From Vicugna vicugna (lineage: Eukaryota): DNA of 64,000 bases. Made by a program: the position numbers and the translations under genes. This document shows, piece after piece, positions 12,216 through 25,236 of the stretch. The stretch is from assembly GCA_013265495.1 (NCBI GenBank), contig MU058285.1, positions 62,001 through 126,000 of the forward strand. The letters are read 5' to 3'. Position 1 is the stretch's first letter, and each line of letters begins with the position of its first letter. The notes below the pieces were generated by a model. That model worked only from the letters and a program-made list of their open reading frames with translations. It did not search any database and was not told the DNA's origin.

Positions 12216-13691
12216 CAGCTGTATATAAAATCCTTTTTCTCTTCTCCTTTGTTTGTCTTCTGAGCCTCCGAAAGAAGGTTCTGTGATCAGTTTCTGTTAC
12301 AACTTGTGGTTTATGAAGGGAAAAGTATAGTAATGACTCCTTTTCTGTGACCTACCAAGTCGATATTCACAACCAACTGGCGAAATCATCTCTGTGTTGG
12401 TTTGCACTATGAAAGTATTGCTAATGCGCCAATTTCAGATATGCTAAATGAAAAAAAAATGTGCATTTTTAAAATGTAGGAAACATGATGTATTTCTGCG
12501 TGAAGATTTTTAATAACGGGGTTAAACTGAGTTAACGAAACCCCTGAAGACTGACTCATTTTTAACACATATCTGGGATTCCCAGAATTAGTGAAAATTC
12601 CACGTGAAGGCTATGTGTTAAAAAGTATCCTCTCTTTTTATCTCAACCTACCAAGCAAGAAACATGAAAATTCTTTTCACAGCCCTTTTATAATCCTGTT
12701 TTCTTCTTGATGAATAATACACAGAAAATACAATGCCTGTCCTTCTGCTGCTCACCTCCAAAGATTTAGTGCACTCACGGGGAAGTGTATGTTTATTTGA
12801 TAAGAGTTTTTTTTATTAGATTTGATTTTCATACACTATAATGAATATTACATTGCCCTGAACCTCAGAATCAATGCTTTGTGGAAGTATGGGCTCAGCT
12901 CCCTTGCTAACCCCCAATGCTGATCTGGCAATCACTAAGTATTTAGTATATATTTAATGAATTAAAAAGGACCAATTGCTCTTTTCTGTGATGATTCATA
13001 CACATACTAATATTTTAATGAAAGCATAAAATGAATGTTAGGAAGAAAGAGCAGAAATGAGCACAGATAGGGGCTGTCATTTATAATTTACCCCAAGTGA
13101 GTCATTCTGTGACATTATGATTACCTCCACCGCTATATCTTCTTCTCTTCATATTGCAGGTTTTGATATTATTTAGTATTTGATAGCAGTTTTTATTTTC
13201 CATGTGTTCTGCAAATATTTTCTCTTCTCCTGTCCCTTTGGACTTTGTGCAATAAGTCAATCTCATCAGCGAGTATGGTGTTCTGAGTGTTGATGGTACT
13301 TCTGTCAGACTCCAGGAAGGACACAGAGCAGAATGGGGCTTCTACAAGTTCCCCTCCCTCCAAACCAGTTTCAAGGAGGTTCCACAGGGTGAATTAGGAG
13401 CAAGTTCATTTGCCTCTTAGAGAAGTCCAGCGTACAGTTTCCAATGGTGCTTCACAGCCTCTGAGATGCAGCATGAAAGAAAGGAGAGGCAGGCAGGGTT
13501 TTGAGGCTGAGGATTAGAAGGAGTGATCCAACTCACTCCAGAGTCCTGCAGCTGTGCAGGAATCTGGGGCTTCTCTTCCAGCCATGGAAGAATCAGTCCT
13601 TCTGTCAACACCTGCTGTTCTCCAGACACTACGCTAAGTAGAAGAATTAGCCACAGCCCCTGCCTGGAAGAAGCTCTAAAGAAGTTTCTAA

Positions 13692-13976
13692 CAGACTCAT
13701 GGACATAGAATACAGACATGTGGTTGCTTGGGGGGAGGGCGGTGGGAAGGGATAAACTGGGAGTTGGAGATTTGCAGATACTCATTGATATATACAAAAT
13801 AGATAAACAAGTTTATACTGTATAACACAGGGAGATATATTGAATATCTTGTAGTAGCTCATGGTGAAAAAGAATATTAAAATGAATATATGTATATTCT
13901 TGTATTACTGAAGCATTGTGCTGTACACCGGAAATTGGCACCACATTATAAACTGACTATACCTCAATAAAAAAAA
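13692..13976 (+). mobile_element. Young camelid-type LINE-1 3' end with TSD
   Basis: CAGACTCATGGACATAGAA...GGGAAGGGATAAACTGGGAGTTGGAGATTTGCAGATAC...AACTGACTATACCTCAATAAAAAAAA. TSD GAAGTTTCTAA at 13681-13691 and 13978-13988. Confidence 0.92.
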
Positions 13977-14144
13977 GGAAGTTTCTAAATAACCATAATA
14001 TACAGTGGAAGGTGATGACTATCACAAAAGAGGTACAAGCAAAATGGTATGAGAGTTTCCAGAAACAGGAAAGGGCTTTTTGTTGGAAGATTATGGAGGT
14101 TGGCAGCATGGTGCTGAATTTGAATTATGGATTAGAAGTGGATA

Positions 14145-14470
14145 TGTAGATGACTTCATAGTGTCCTTTTTTCTTTCTTTCTTTCTTTTTTTTTTTATAT
14201 TCGCAGACTTAGTAAACAATCTTATGGTTACCAGGGAAAGGGGGTGGGAAGGGATAAATTTGGGAGTTTGAGATTTGCAAATGTTAGCCACTATATATAA
14301 AAATAGGTTTTGAAAAAACAAATTTCTTCTGTGTAGCACAGGGAACTATACTCAATAGTTTTAATACCCTTTAATGAAAAAGAATATGAAAATAAATTTA
14401 TGTATGTATATGCATGACTGTACACCAGAAATCGACACATTATAACTGACTGTGCTTCAGTGAAAAAACA
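14145..14470 (+). mobile_element. Young camelid-type LINE-1 3' end with 5' inversion (twin priming)
   Basis: Forward L1 3'UTR from 14201 (TCGCAGACTTAGTAAACAATCTTATGGTTACC) to an A tail at ~14468. Inverted upstream piece at 14145-14200. TSD TGGATATGTA at 14139-14148 and 14472-14481. Confidence 0.88.
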
Positions 14471-15225
14471 CTGGATATGTAAAAATTAAGAAATAGAGAA
14501 TTTCAGGCCAATAATATAGCATGAGTAAAAATATCATGTATTCCATTTGGTATAAAATCCTACCCCATTATTTCTTCTCCTATTCTCCCACAGAGTACTG
14601 CTTTCATGGGACTCTATTACTAATATGATTTTATTACGGTCATCTATTTGGGGGATAGAAAAAAGGGGTGAGAACTCTTGTGTGACTTTTTGTTGGTACT
14701 GTTAACTCAGGCTTGATTTACAAAGAATGAAAGAATATGACTCAACTAAGGACTTGTTTGGCATATTTCAAACTTTCAAAATGATCTAAGTAAATATTTT
14801 CAAAGCTTGAAAGTCTTATGACTATTTAATAATGTGTTCTTTGTTTTGTTTAGTCTCCTTAGACAAGCCAAAAGCACTGACATTTGTCTCACTAAGGTTC
14901 TTTCTTAAAGTTTATTAACAAGTTGCTTTAAATTGTTTCTCTGAATGGAGAGAGGGCAAGACCAGCCATTTCCAGATAATTGGGATAATGAAATAATGGG
15001 AACATTTTCTGAAAATGCCCTGTTATTAAACATGATAGGAATTCAGAAGCACTTGGATTAGATAACATACTCATTGGCTTAGAAGTAAAGCTGAGGGGAA
15101 GACTGGTTTTAATTTAAAATTATAAACAATATATCTTATTAAATAAGGTTCTTTTGTCAATCTTCTAATAATTTGAGCTTCTAATACCCCTAGGAATGGA
15201 ATTGTTATCTTTATGTTAAATAGTA

Positions 15226-17572
15226 GGAAAAAAGCATTTGACAAAATACAACATCCGTTCACGATAAAAACCCTCAATAAATTAGGTATAGAAAGAACAT
15301 ACCTCAACATAATAAAGGCCATATATAACAAAACCACAGCTAATGTTATATGCAATGGTGAAATGCTGAAATCTTTTCCTGTGAGTCAGGAACAAGATAA
15401 GGGTGCCCATTCTCACCACTCCTATTCAATGTTGTATGGAAGTCCTCGCTAGAGCAATCAGACAAAATAAAGAAATAAAAGGCATTCAAATCAAAAAGGA
15501 AGAAGTATAATTTTCTCTAATTGTAGATAATATCTTATATATAGAAAATCATTAAGGCTCAATCAAAAATCTGTTGGAATTAATCAATGAATCCAGTAAA
15601 GCTACAGGATATAAAATCAACACACAGAAATCAGTTGTATCTTTATATATCAACAGCTAAATACCTGAAAAAGAAATTAAGAAAGCAATTCCATTCACAA
15701 TAGGATAAAAAAGCCATAAAACACTTAGGAATAAATTTAAGTAAAGAAGTGAAATATCTGTATAATGAAAACTACAAGACTTTGATAAAAGAAATTGAAT
15801 AAGATACAAATTGAAGGGTATCTTGTGTTTATGGATCAGAACAATTAATATTGAAAAATGTCCATACTACACAAAGCCATCTATGTATTCAATACAATCC
15901 CTATCAAAATTCCAATGGCATTTTTCACAGAAATGGAAAAAAAAACCCCTTAAATTTGTGTGAAGGCACAAAATATCCCAAACAGCCAAAGCAATCCTGA
16001 GAAAGAACAGAGCTGAAGGCATCACATTCCCTGATTTTAAATGTGCTAAATAGTTTACTATTATGTGTCTAAAATATTGAGACAGAATAGAGAATCCATA
16101 AAAACCCCTACATGTAAGTTCAGTTAATATTTGATAAAGGAGCCAAGAATAATCATTGGGAAAGGACAATCTCTTTATAAATGGTCTTGGGAAAACTGGA
16201 TAACCACATACAAAAAAAAAAATATTAAATCTCTATCCACCCACAAAAATTAACTCAAAATATATTAAACACTTAAACATAAGGCCTGAAAGCATAAAAC
16301 TTCAGAAGAAAACATAGGGGGAGAGCCCCTGGACATTGATCTTGGCAATCATTTTTTGGGTATGACACCAGAAAACAAGAAACAAAACCAAAGATCAACA
16401 AGTGCGAGTATATCAAACTAAAAATGCCTGCACAACAAAATAAACAAACAAAAGAGTGAAAATACAGCCCAAGGAATGGAAGAATTTATTTGCAAACCAT
16501 GTATTGGATAAGGAGTTAATTTCCAACATATGTAAAGACCCATACAACTCAATAGCAAAAAACCCCAAACAATCTAAGTAAAAAGTGGGTAGAAGAACTG
16601 AACAAGCAGTTTTCCACAGAAGACATACAAATGGCCAATAGGTACAAGAAAGATGCTCAACATCCCTATTCATCAGGGAAATGCAAATGGAAACCACAAT
16701 GAGATATCACCTCACACCTTCTAGAATGGCTATTATCAAGAAGACAAGAGGTAAGTGTTGGCAAGGATGTGGAAAAAAACCAAAAAACAAAAAAAACAAA
16801 GAACAAAAAAACTTGTGCATTGTTGGTGGGGATGTAAATTGTTTCAACCACTATGGAAAATGATGTGGAAGTTCCTCAGAAAATTTAAAGTAGAAATACT
16901 ATATGATCCAGCAATTCCCCTTCTGGGTTTATATCCAAAAGAAATGAAAACAGGATATCAAAAAGATACCTGTACTTCCATGTTTATTGAAGCATTATTC
17001 ACTGCAGTCAAAATATGAAAACAACCTAAGTATAAGTCAACAAATGAATGAATAAAGAAAATGTGATACACAATGGAATATTATTCAGCCATGAGAAAGA
17101 AGTAAATCCTGCTATTTTCAACAACATGGATGCAACTTCAGGGCATTATGTTAAGTAACACAAGTCAGACAGAAAAATAAATGCTGCATGATGCACTTGA
17201 ATGTAGAATCTGAAAAAAGCTGAACTCATAGAAACAAAGAGTAGAATGGTGGTTACCAGGAGCTGAGAGTGGTGGATCAGGGACTGGGCAGAAGTTAGTC
17301 AGAGGGTACAAACTTGCAGTTAGAAGATGAGTAAGTTCTGGGGATCTAGTATACAGCATAGTGATTATAGTCAACATTACTGTATTATATCCTACAAAGT
17401 TGCTGAGGGTAAATCTTAAGTGATCGCACCACAAAAAAAGAAATGACAATTATGTGATGGAGACGTTAGCTGACTCTGTCGTGGTAATCATACTGTAATA
17501 TATGAATGTATCAAATCAGCATTTTGTAAACCTTAAATGTATGCAATGTTGTATGTCAATTACATCTCTAAA
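15226..17572 (+). mobile_element. LINE-1 (L1MA9-like), 5'-truncated: decayed ORF2 RT/C-terminus plus 3'UTR
   Basis: ORF-track pieces KAFDKIQHPF..LGIERTYLNIIKAIY..TAN, TTMRYHLTPSRMAIIKK and YDPAIPLLGLYP..CTSMFIEALFT are L1 ORF2 motifs broken by frameshifts. The 3'UTR contains AGAGGGTACAAACTTGCAGTTAGAAGATGAGTAAGTTCTGGGGATCTA. Confidence 0.95.
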
Positions 17573-18509
17573 GTGTTTTACATAGAAATAATTATTTCAG
17601 GTAGGAAACACTGAAGATGCTGTAAATTCAGAACTGAAAATATTTTAAATTATTTACATAGTCATGATGAATTTAAATTATGTTTTAATGGTGAATATTT
17701 TCACGAAATTTTCCAAGAAAGAATAACCAAGATGTGGTTAGTAATATTCCAGAGAATTATATAATATTTAAGAATATATAAATAATGCTGCTATTATTTG
17801 CCATGGTTTGTTAAAATTAAATAAACATGCTAATTATTGATAATATTAAACTTTGATAATTAAACTTGATAATGTTAATACATGTCTCTTCTGTTGTTTG
17901 TAAATAAGAATCCAAGAGCTAGCCATTATTTTGCTTTCGGATGTTATATCATGCAGGGAAAAAAATAAGAAAAATAATCATTCTCTTAGAGGCTTCCGTT
18001 GAGATTTTTTAAATTAATGCACCTAATAGATTTCACCAACTATGATTCTTGGCATTTTAAGATTAATAAAAGTTATGTAAGACTCTGGATATGATGATAA
18101 CCACTACACTTTTAAAAATTCAGCTTTTTTGGTAAACTAGAACCAAACAAAGTATTCCTGTCATTTCTGGTAACTTTTTGCCTGGCACCACCATCTGTTA
18201 ATAACACCATGATAAACAAAGATGGTTGCCTGGGTACAAAAAGTAGGAGCCCTGGTTTGGTTAGGGTGACAGCACATCATTCATGGAAAGCATATGGTCA
18301 CTGTGGAGAAGCATTCAACCCTCAGACAAACAAACCGGAGCGAGAAAACAAGAGGATGCTTTGAAGAAAACACAAGTAATCCAGTAGTAAAGAGGATAAA
18401 GCTTTATTAAGTACATGAAATAACTGAAGCCTTAATCCAAAACGTTAATGTTGAGTGGACAGATGTGTACCCTGTGAAAAAGTTAGCCACCGATTATATT
18501 TAGCTGTAC

Positions 18510-18703
18510 AAGTACTGTTTTAAATACTTCACCTTTAAGCCTCATCACAGTTCTATGAACTAGCTACTATTATTTTTCCACTTTACAGATAAGGAAACTG
18601 AGGCATAAACTGTATCTTCTTCAGGCTTCCATAGCTAATGGATGATAGAGCTGGGAGTTGAACCCATGCAAAGAGGTTCTGGAATCCATGCACTTAAGCA
18701 CTG
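18510..18703 (-). mobile_element. MIR SINE
   Basis: Core CCACTTTACAGATAAGGAAACTGAGGCA and GAGCTGGGAGTTGAACCCA. Confidence 0.85.
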
Positions 18704-19481
18704 TGAGGTATTGGAGTTTAAGAGAAAATTAAGTTTCAGTGATAGTGTACCATTTCAATGATGCTTGAGGTACGTCACATTTGCTGTGAAGCTACGCCTC
18801 GTTTGAATTCCTCATTAGAATTCCTTTAGCACACTCATGACCATCCATAGGACCACTGATGCTACAATCAATACTAGTTACTATAATCATTAAGAAAAAA
18901 ACTTAGCATATTAAATTGGGAAATTTTTGGTCTCCACATATTCAACTAAAAGAAAGACTGAAGTAAATTCCAATCATACATCTCATCCAGAAAGGACTGG
19001 CAAGCTTTAGCATCAAAATTAGAGTCTTCCCAGAATTCATGTTTGGTATTTTGAAGAAAATGCAAATATTCTATTGTTTTATCCCACTCTCTTTGGCAAA
19101 ATACAGCTTTTATTTTTTAGAATAATTATCTTTGCCAACATTGCTTGCAAAAGGCATGTAAAAATTAATAGAAATGGCAGACAGCATAGTTCACATAACT
19201 GAAATGACTGTGGGATAATAGCAAATGACTATGAACAAGTATATTTTTAAAAAAATTAGACAACACTCAAAAAAGCCAGATTTTTTTGGTTTATCCTTTC
19301 ATGCCCTTCAATTTAAATCTCATTTCACAAAAATTCACAAAGCAGTAAAACTGAACTAGAAGTAGTTTATTAAAGGGAATTTAGGACCATCAAACTATGT
19401 GTATACTTTCTATACATACTATGAATATAGTGAAGAAAAGATTAATTTTTAAAAGCAAATGTTAAAGTTTGCTATGTAAAA

Positions 19482-22400
19482 ATTTATTTTTATAACATTT
19501 TGGATGGTCATAAACTATTGATTATTTTAACCATTTGTAAGTGTATAATTCAGTGGCATTAAATACATTCTCAAAGTTACACAACCATCACCAACCACTA
19601 AAACCTTTCCATCATTATGACCTAAACCTCTGTACCCATTAAATAATAACTTCCCCCTTCCTTTCCAACCAGTCCCTGGGGCCTCTATTTTACCTTCTGT
19701 CTCTATGAATTTGACTATTGTAGGTACTTCATGTAAATGGATAAATGTAAATAATATTTGTCCTCTGTGTCTGGCTTATTTCACTAAGCATACTTTTTAA
19801 AATTGAAGTATAGTTTACTTACAATGTTATATTAGTTTCAGGTGTACAAAATAGTGATTCAATAATTTTTAGATTATACTCCATTTTAAGGTATTATAAA
19901 ATATTGACAATATTCCCTGTGCTCTTTTCATGCTTGTACCCTCTTTATTTTATATGCAGTAGTTTTCTCCTCTTAATCCCCTTCCCCCACCATGCCCTTC
20001 CTCCATCACTCTCCCCTCTGGTAACCACTAGTTTGTTCTCTGTACTTATGAATCTGTTTCTACATTGTTATATTCATTCATTTGTTTTATTTTTTAGATT
20101 TCACATATAAGTGAAAACATAAAGCATTTGTCTTTCTCTATCTGACTTAATGTTCCTAACAATAATATACTTCAAGTCCACTCATGTTGTCACAAATAGC
20201 AAAATTTCATTCTTCTTTATGGCTGAGTAATATTCCAGCACATATATATGTACTTCCATATCTTTACTACTGTAAATAATGATCTAATGAATATTGGCAT
20301 GTTGGGGTACATGTATCTTTTCAAAGTAGTGTTTTCATATTCTTCAGAAATATACCCAGGAATAGAATTGTTGAATACGGTAGTTCTATTTTTCAGTTTT
20401 TGAGAAACTTTTATACTGTTTTCCATAGTGGCTATACCAATTTGCATTCATAACACTCCTCATCCTTGTCAAATTTTTTATTTATTATATTTTTGATAAT
20501 AGCCATTCTGTCAGGTGTGAGGTGATATCTCATTTTGGTTTTGATTTTCATTTCCCTAATGATTAATGATTTTAAGCATCATTTCATGTGCTTGTTGGCC
20601 ATCTGTATGTCTTCTTTGGAAAAATGTCTATTCAGGTCTTCTGCCCGTTTTTTAATTGAGTTATTTTTTTCCATATTGATTGCTTATATGAGCTCTTTAT
20701 ATATTTTGGATATTAACCCCTTGTCAAACATATCCTTTACAAATATCTTCTCCCATTCAGTAGGTTGTCTTTTCCTTTTATTGATGGTTTCCTTTGCTGT
20801 GCAGAAGCTTTTAAGTTTAGTTAGGTCCCATTTGTTTATTTTTGCCTTTGTTTCCCTTGTTTGAGGAGAGAGAAGCAAACAAAAAACATATCTCTAAGAT
20901 CTATGTCAAAGAGTCTACTGTTTATATTTTCTTCTGGGAGTTTTATGGTTTCAGATCTTATGTTTAGGTCTTTAATTCACTTTGAGTTCATTGTTGGTGT
21001 GAGAAAATGTTCTAATTTTATTCTTTTGTATGAAACTGTCTAACTTTCCCAGCATCACTTACTGAAAAGACTATCTTTTCCTTGTTGACATTTTTGCCTC
21101 CTTTGCCATAGATTAATTGATCATAGGTGTGTGGGTTTATTGCAGCATGCTCTGTTCTGTTCCATTGATCTACGTGCCTATTTTGGTGCCAGGGATATAC
21201 TGCTTTGATTACTGTGGCTTTGAAGTATAGTCTGAAGTCATAAAGCATGATACATCCAACTGTGTTATTTCTTATAAAGATTTTTTTTAGCTATTTGGGG
21301 TTTTATGTGGTTCCATAGAAGTTTTAAAATTATTTGTTCTAGTTCTGTGAAAAATTTCAGGAATATTTTGATGGAGATTGCACTGAATCTGTAAATTGCT
21401 TTAGATAGTATGGATATTTTAGCAATATTAATGCTTCCAATCCATGAACATGGAATATCTTTCCATTTATTTTTATTGTTTTCAATTTCCTTCATCAATT
21501 TCTTATAGTTTTCAGATTAGAGATCTTCTACCTCTTGGTTAAGTTTATTCTTATGTATTTTACTCTTTCTGATGCTAGTTTAAATGGGACTTTTTTCTGC
21601 TTTCTCTTTCTGATAGTTCATTAGTGTATAGAAAATCAACAGATTTCTGTACATTAATCTTGTATCCTTCAACTTTATTGAATTAATTTATTAATTCTAC
21701 TAGGTTTTTGGTGGGGACTTTAAGGTTTTCTATATAGAGAATCAGGTCATTTGCAAATAGTCACAGTTTTACTCCTTGCCTTCCAATTTGGATGTCTTTT
21801 ATTCCTTTTTCTTTTCTAATTGCAGTGACTAGGACTTCCAATACAATGTTAAATACAAATGATGAGAATGGGCAACATTGTTCCTGATTTTAGAAGAAAA
21901 GCTTTCAATTTTTCAACTAGGAATATAATGTAAGCTGTGGGTTTGCCATAGATGACCTTTATTACATTGAGATATGTTTCCTGTATACCAACTTTGTTGA
22001 GAGTTTTTTTTTTTCATCATGAAAGGATGTTGAATTTTGTCAAATGATTTTGTGCAGCTGTTAAGACAATCATGTGATTTTTATTTTTCCTTTTGTTACT
22101 GTGGTGTATCACATTGATTTATTGCAGACATTAAATCATCCTTGTGTCCCTGGAATAAATCCCACTTGATCATAGTGTATGATTCTTTTTATATATTATT
22201 GAATTTGGTTTGCTGATATTTTGTTGAGGATCTTTGCATTTTTATTCATTAGGAATATTGGAGTTTAATTTTCTTTTTTTTGGTAGAATCTTTGTCTGGT
22301 TTTAGTATCAGGGTAGTGGTGGCCTCATAGGATGAATTTGGGAGTCTTCTCTCTGTTTCAATTTTTTGGAATAGTTTGAGAAAGATAGGTATTAACTCTT

Positions 22401-24120
22401 CTTTGTATGTTTGCTGAAAGTCCCTCATGGTAGGAGGTAGGGCTGGAGTTGGAGGGGCTAAAGCCAGAGTTAGGTCCTAGCTGAGGCTTCTCCTATGCTC
22501 AGTGGCTGCCACTGCCCTATCATATTCTTGATAGCAACAGCAGCTTCTGCTCTGGTGGAGAGCAGTACTGGTGCAAGAGGGGCTGAAACAGGTGCCTGAT
22601 GCAGGCTGGTGGGCGTGCTGGGGAGGTCCTGCTGCCCCCTCACTGTGAATGAGAGTAGGCAAATTTATGTGCACTGAAGTCTCAGTTTCTTACAGCCCTC
22701 TGGCAAGCCTCCACCTAAGGGGGCTTGTCTTCTCAGTGTCAGACCCCAGGGACAAGGTGACTAATATGTGGCTCTAACCCATTTCTCCCCAGAGAGAATC
22801 CTGGGGCCTATGATATCCCTTCCTCTTTTGTGTCCCCTGCTAGGCATGTGGGTCTTGACCAGGTTACTTCTCCTCCCTTCCTACCTGACTCCATATGGTT
22901 CTTTCTTTAAAGCCTTGGCTGTAGAGCTGTTCTGCTAGCCCCCAGGTGGATTTCAGTGAGAATCATTCTATATGTAGTTTTAGTTTTGATGTCTTTGTGA
23001 AGTGAGGTAAACCTAGCATTCTCCTACTCTGTCACCTTTACCTCCTCTCTCAGCATAATGTTTTCAAGGTCCATCCATATTGTAGCAAAAATAAAATACT
23101 TGCTCCTTTCTATGGCTAAATAGTATTTCTGTGTGTGTGTCATATTTTGCTTATTTATTCATCTGTTGATGGACCCATATTTTTTCCCACTTACTGGCTG
23201 TTGTGAATAATGTTGCTATAAATACTGGTGTACAAACATCTGTTTGAGTTCTTACTTTTAGTTCTTTCAGATTAATTGCTTGGACTGGGATTGTTAATTT
23301 TATATAGTTTGAGGAACTATATAAATGGTTTAGGGAATCACAATACTATTTTCCACCTTGGCTGTACCATTTTACGTTGCTGTCAGTAATGCCCAAGGTT
23401 CTAATTTCTCTATATTCTCACCAACCCTCTTATTTTCCATTTTTAATCAGTTATATTCATCCTAGTAGGTATGAAATGCTATTTCTTTCTAATTTTGCTT
23501 GCATTCATATAATTACTAATGATGTTAAGCACCTTTTTATGTGCTTATTGGCTATTTGTATATCATCGAAGGAGTATCTATTCAAGGCCATCGCCCATCT
23601 TTCAATTGGGTTGTTTGTTTTTGTTGCTGTTGAGTTTTAGGAGTTATTTACTTATTCTGAATTTTAATCTCCTACCAGATATATGATTTGCAAATATTTT
23701 CTCCAATTCATTAAGTGGTCTTTCGGCTATCTTGACAGTATTCTTTGTTGCAGAAGATGTTCTTAACTTTGATGAAGTCCAATTTATCTATTTTTTTCTT
23801 TTGTTACCTGTTCCTTTGGTGTTTCTAACCATGAATATAAGATGTATTTTCACTTATTTAGGGCTTCTTTAATTTCTTCCAGCAATAATGTGTAGTTTAC
23901 GGTGTGTAAGTCTTTTCATCTCCATGGTTAGACTACCTTCTAAGTATTTGATTCTTTTGGGTACTACTATAAATGCAATTGCTTTCCCAATTTCCTTTTT
24001 GAAACATTAACTGCTGAAGAAAAGAACCACAATTGATTTTTGTGTGTTTATCTTGTACCATGCAACTTTGATGATTTTTTTTTATCACCTCTAATAATTT
24101 TTTTGTGTATTCTTCAAGTT
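19482..24120 (-). mobile_element. Old L1MB-like LINE-1 (3'UTR + ORF2 remnant), split by a nested L1 at 19793-23048
   Basis: TTAACCATTTGTAAGTGTATAATTCAGTGGCATTAAATACATTC ... TCTGGCTTATTTCACTAAGCATA, resuming at 23051 as CAGCATAATGTTTTCAAGGTCCATCCAT. Apparent internal deletion near 23825. Confidence 0.85.
19793..23048 (-). mobile_element. Nested, internally deleted artiodactyl-type LINE-1: 5'UTR (~22424-23048) fused to ORF2 Z/RT/C-terminal region and 3'UTR
   Basis: 3' end TTTTTAAAATTGAAGTATAGTTTACTTACAATG. ORF2 remnants [32 protein letters not shown] and [20 protein letters not shown]-richer L1 5'UTR ending CTCCTACTCTGTCACCTTTACCTCCTCT. TSD CTAAGCATA (19784-92) / CTCAGCATA (23049-57). Confidence 0.88.
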
Positions 24121-24938
24121 ATCCGTAGGTAAGGTCTTACTCCTTGTAACCCTATCTTTTCTCCAATACTGAATTTCAGCATTTCAGGAGTATCAAATAA
24201 ATGCAATCATATAGTGTATCACACTTTGATATTGGCTTTTAAAATTTATCATAATGCCTTTGAAATTCATCTAAGTTGTGTTTACACTGGTAGTTAATTT
24301 CTTTTAATTAATTAATATTTTTTATCATGGTATCATATGACAGATTTTTTGCCCATTCATCTTTTGAAAAATATTTGTGTTGTTTTCAGAGTTTAGCTAC
24401 TACTGATAAAGCTGCAATGCACATTCTTGTACATTTTCATGTGAACGTAAATTTTCTTTTCTTTAAGATAAATATCCCGAAGTGCAATTTCTGTGTCTTA
24501 TGGTAAATGTATATTTAGTTTCACAAGAAAACTCCTCACTGTTTTCTAGAGTGCTGTAACATTTTCTATTTTCATCAGCAATCATAAAAAATCTGGTTGT
24601 CCCTCAGCATTTGATATTGCTAGTTTTTTTATTTTAGCTACTCTAGTTCGGGTGTATTTCGTTTTGGTTTTAATTGGCAATTCTCTAATAGCTAATGAAG
24701 TTGCACACCTTTTCATGTGCTTCTTTGCCAATGATATACCTTCTTTGAGGAAGGAACTGCCAAGTCTTTTGACATTTTCTAATTGGATTGTTTGCTTTCC
24801 TACTATTGGATTAAAAGAACATTGTGATACAATTATTTGTCAGAGACATAGTTTGTAAATATTTTCTTCCAGTCCCTGGCTTGTCTTTAAATGATTATTT
24901 CATAGAGGAAAAAATTTTAATTCTTTAATTTGTGTGAG

Positions 24939-25193
24939 TTTTTTTTTAATTGAAAGCAAGTTTATTTAGAGAGATACATACTCCATAAACAGAGCAGAGT
25001 CCGTCTCACTTAGAAGGGAAGCTGGCTTAGGAGATACACACTCCATAGGCAGAATGTGGGCCATTTCAGAAAGGTGAGAGGGAGAGAGTCTAAGAGGTGT
25101 AGGGGTATTTAGCTTAAAGTAAAAGTAGATACACAGTCCAAAGACATAGTGTGGGCCATCTCACAAGGTAAGAGAGAGAGAGCAACTGAGATC
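24939..25193 (-). mobile_element. Polyadenylated LTR R-region-like retrocopy with three internal repeats
   Basis: T9 at 24939-47, a 13-nt spacer, then TTTATT (AATAAA on the - strand) at 24961-66. Three copies of ~AGATACACACTCCATAGGCAGAATGTGGGCCATCTCA. Flanked by TTTGTGTG-containing direct repeats. Confidence 0.7.

Positions 25194-25195
<2 letters not shown>

Positions 25196-25235
<40 letters not shown>
25196..25235. repeat. (TG)20 microsatellite
   Basis: Perfect TG run, seen directly. Confidence 0.98.

Positions 25236-25236
<1 letters not shown>

Noticed and set aside
24971..25175. CRISPR-like repeat-spacer array
   Set aside because: Eukaryotic context, only three degenerate units with irregular spacing, and explained as LTR-internal repeats.
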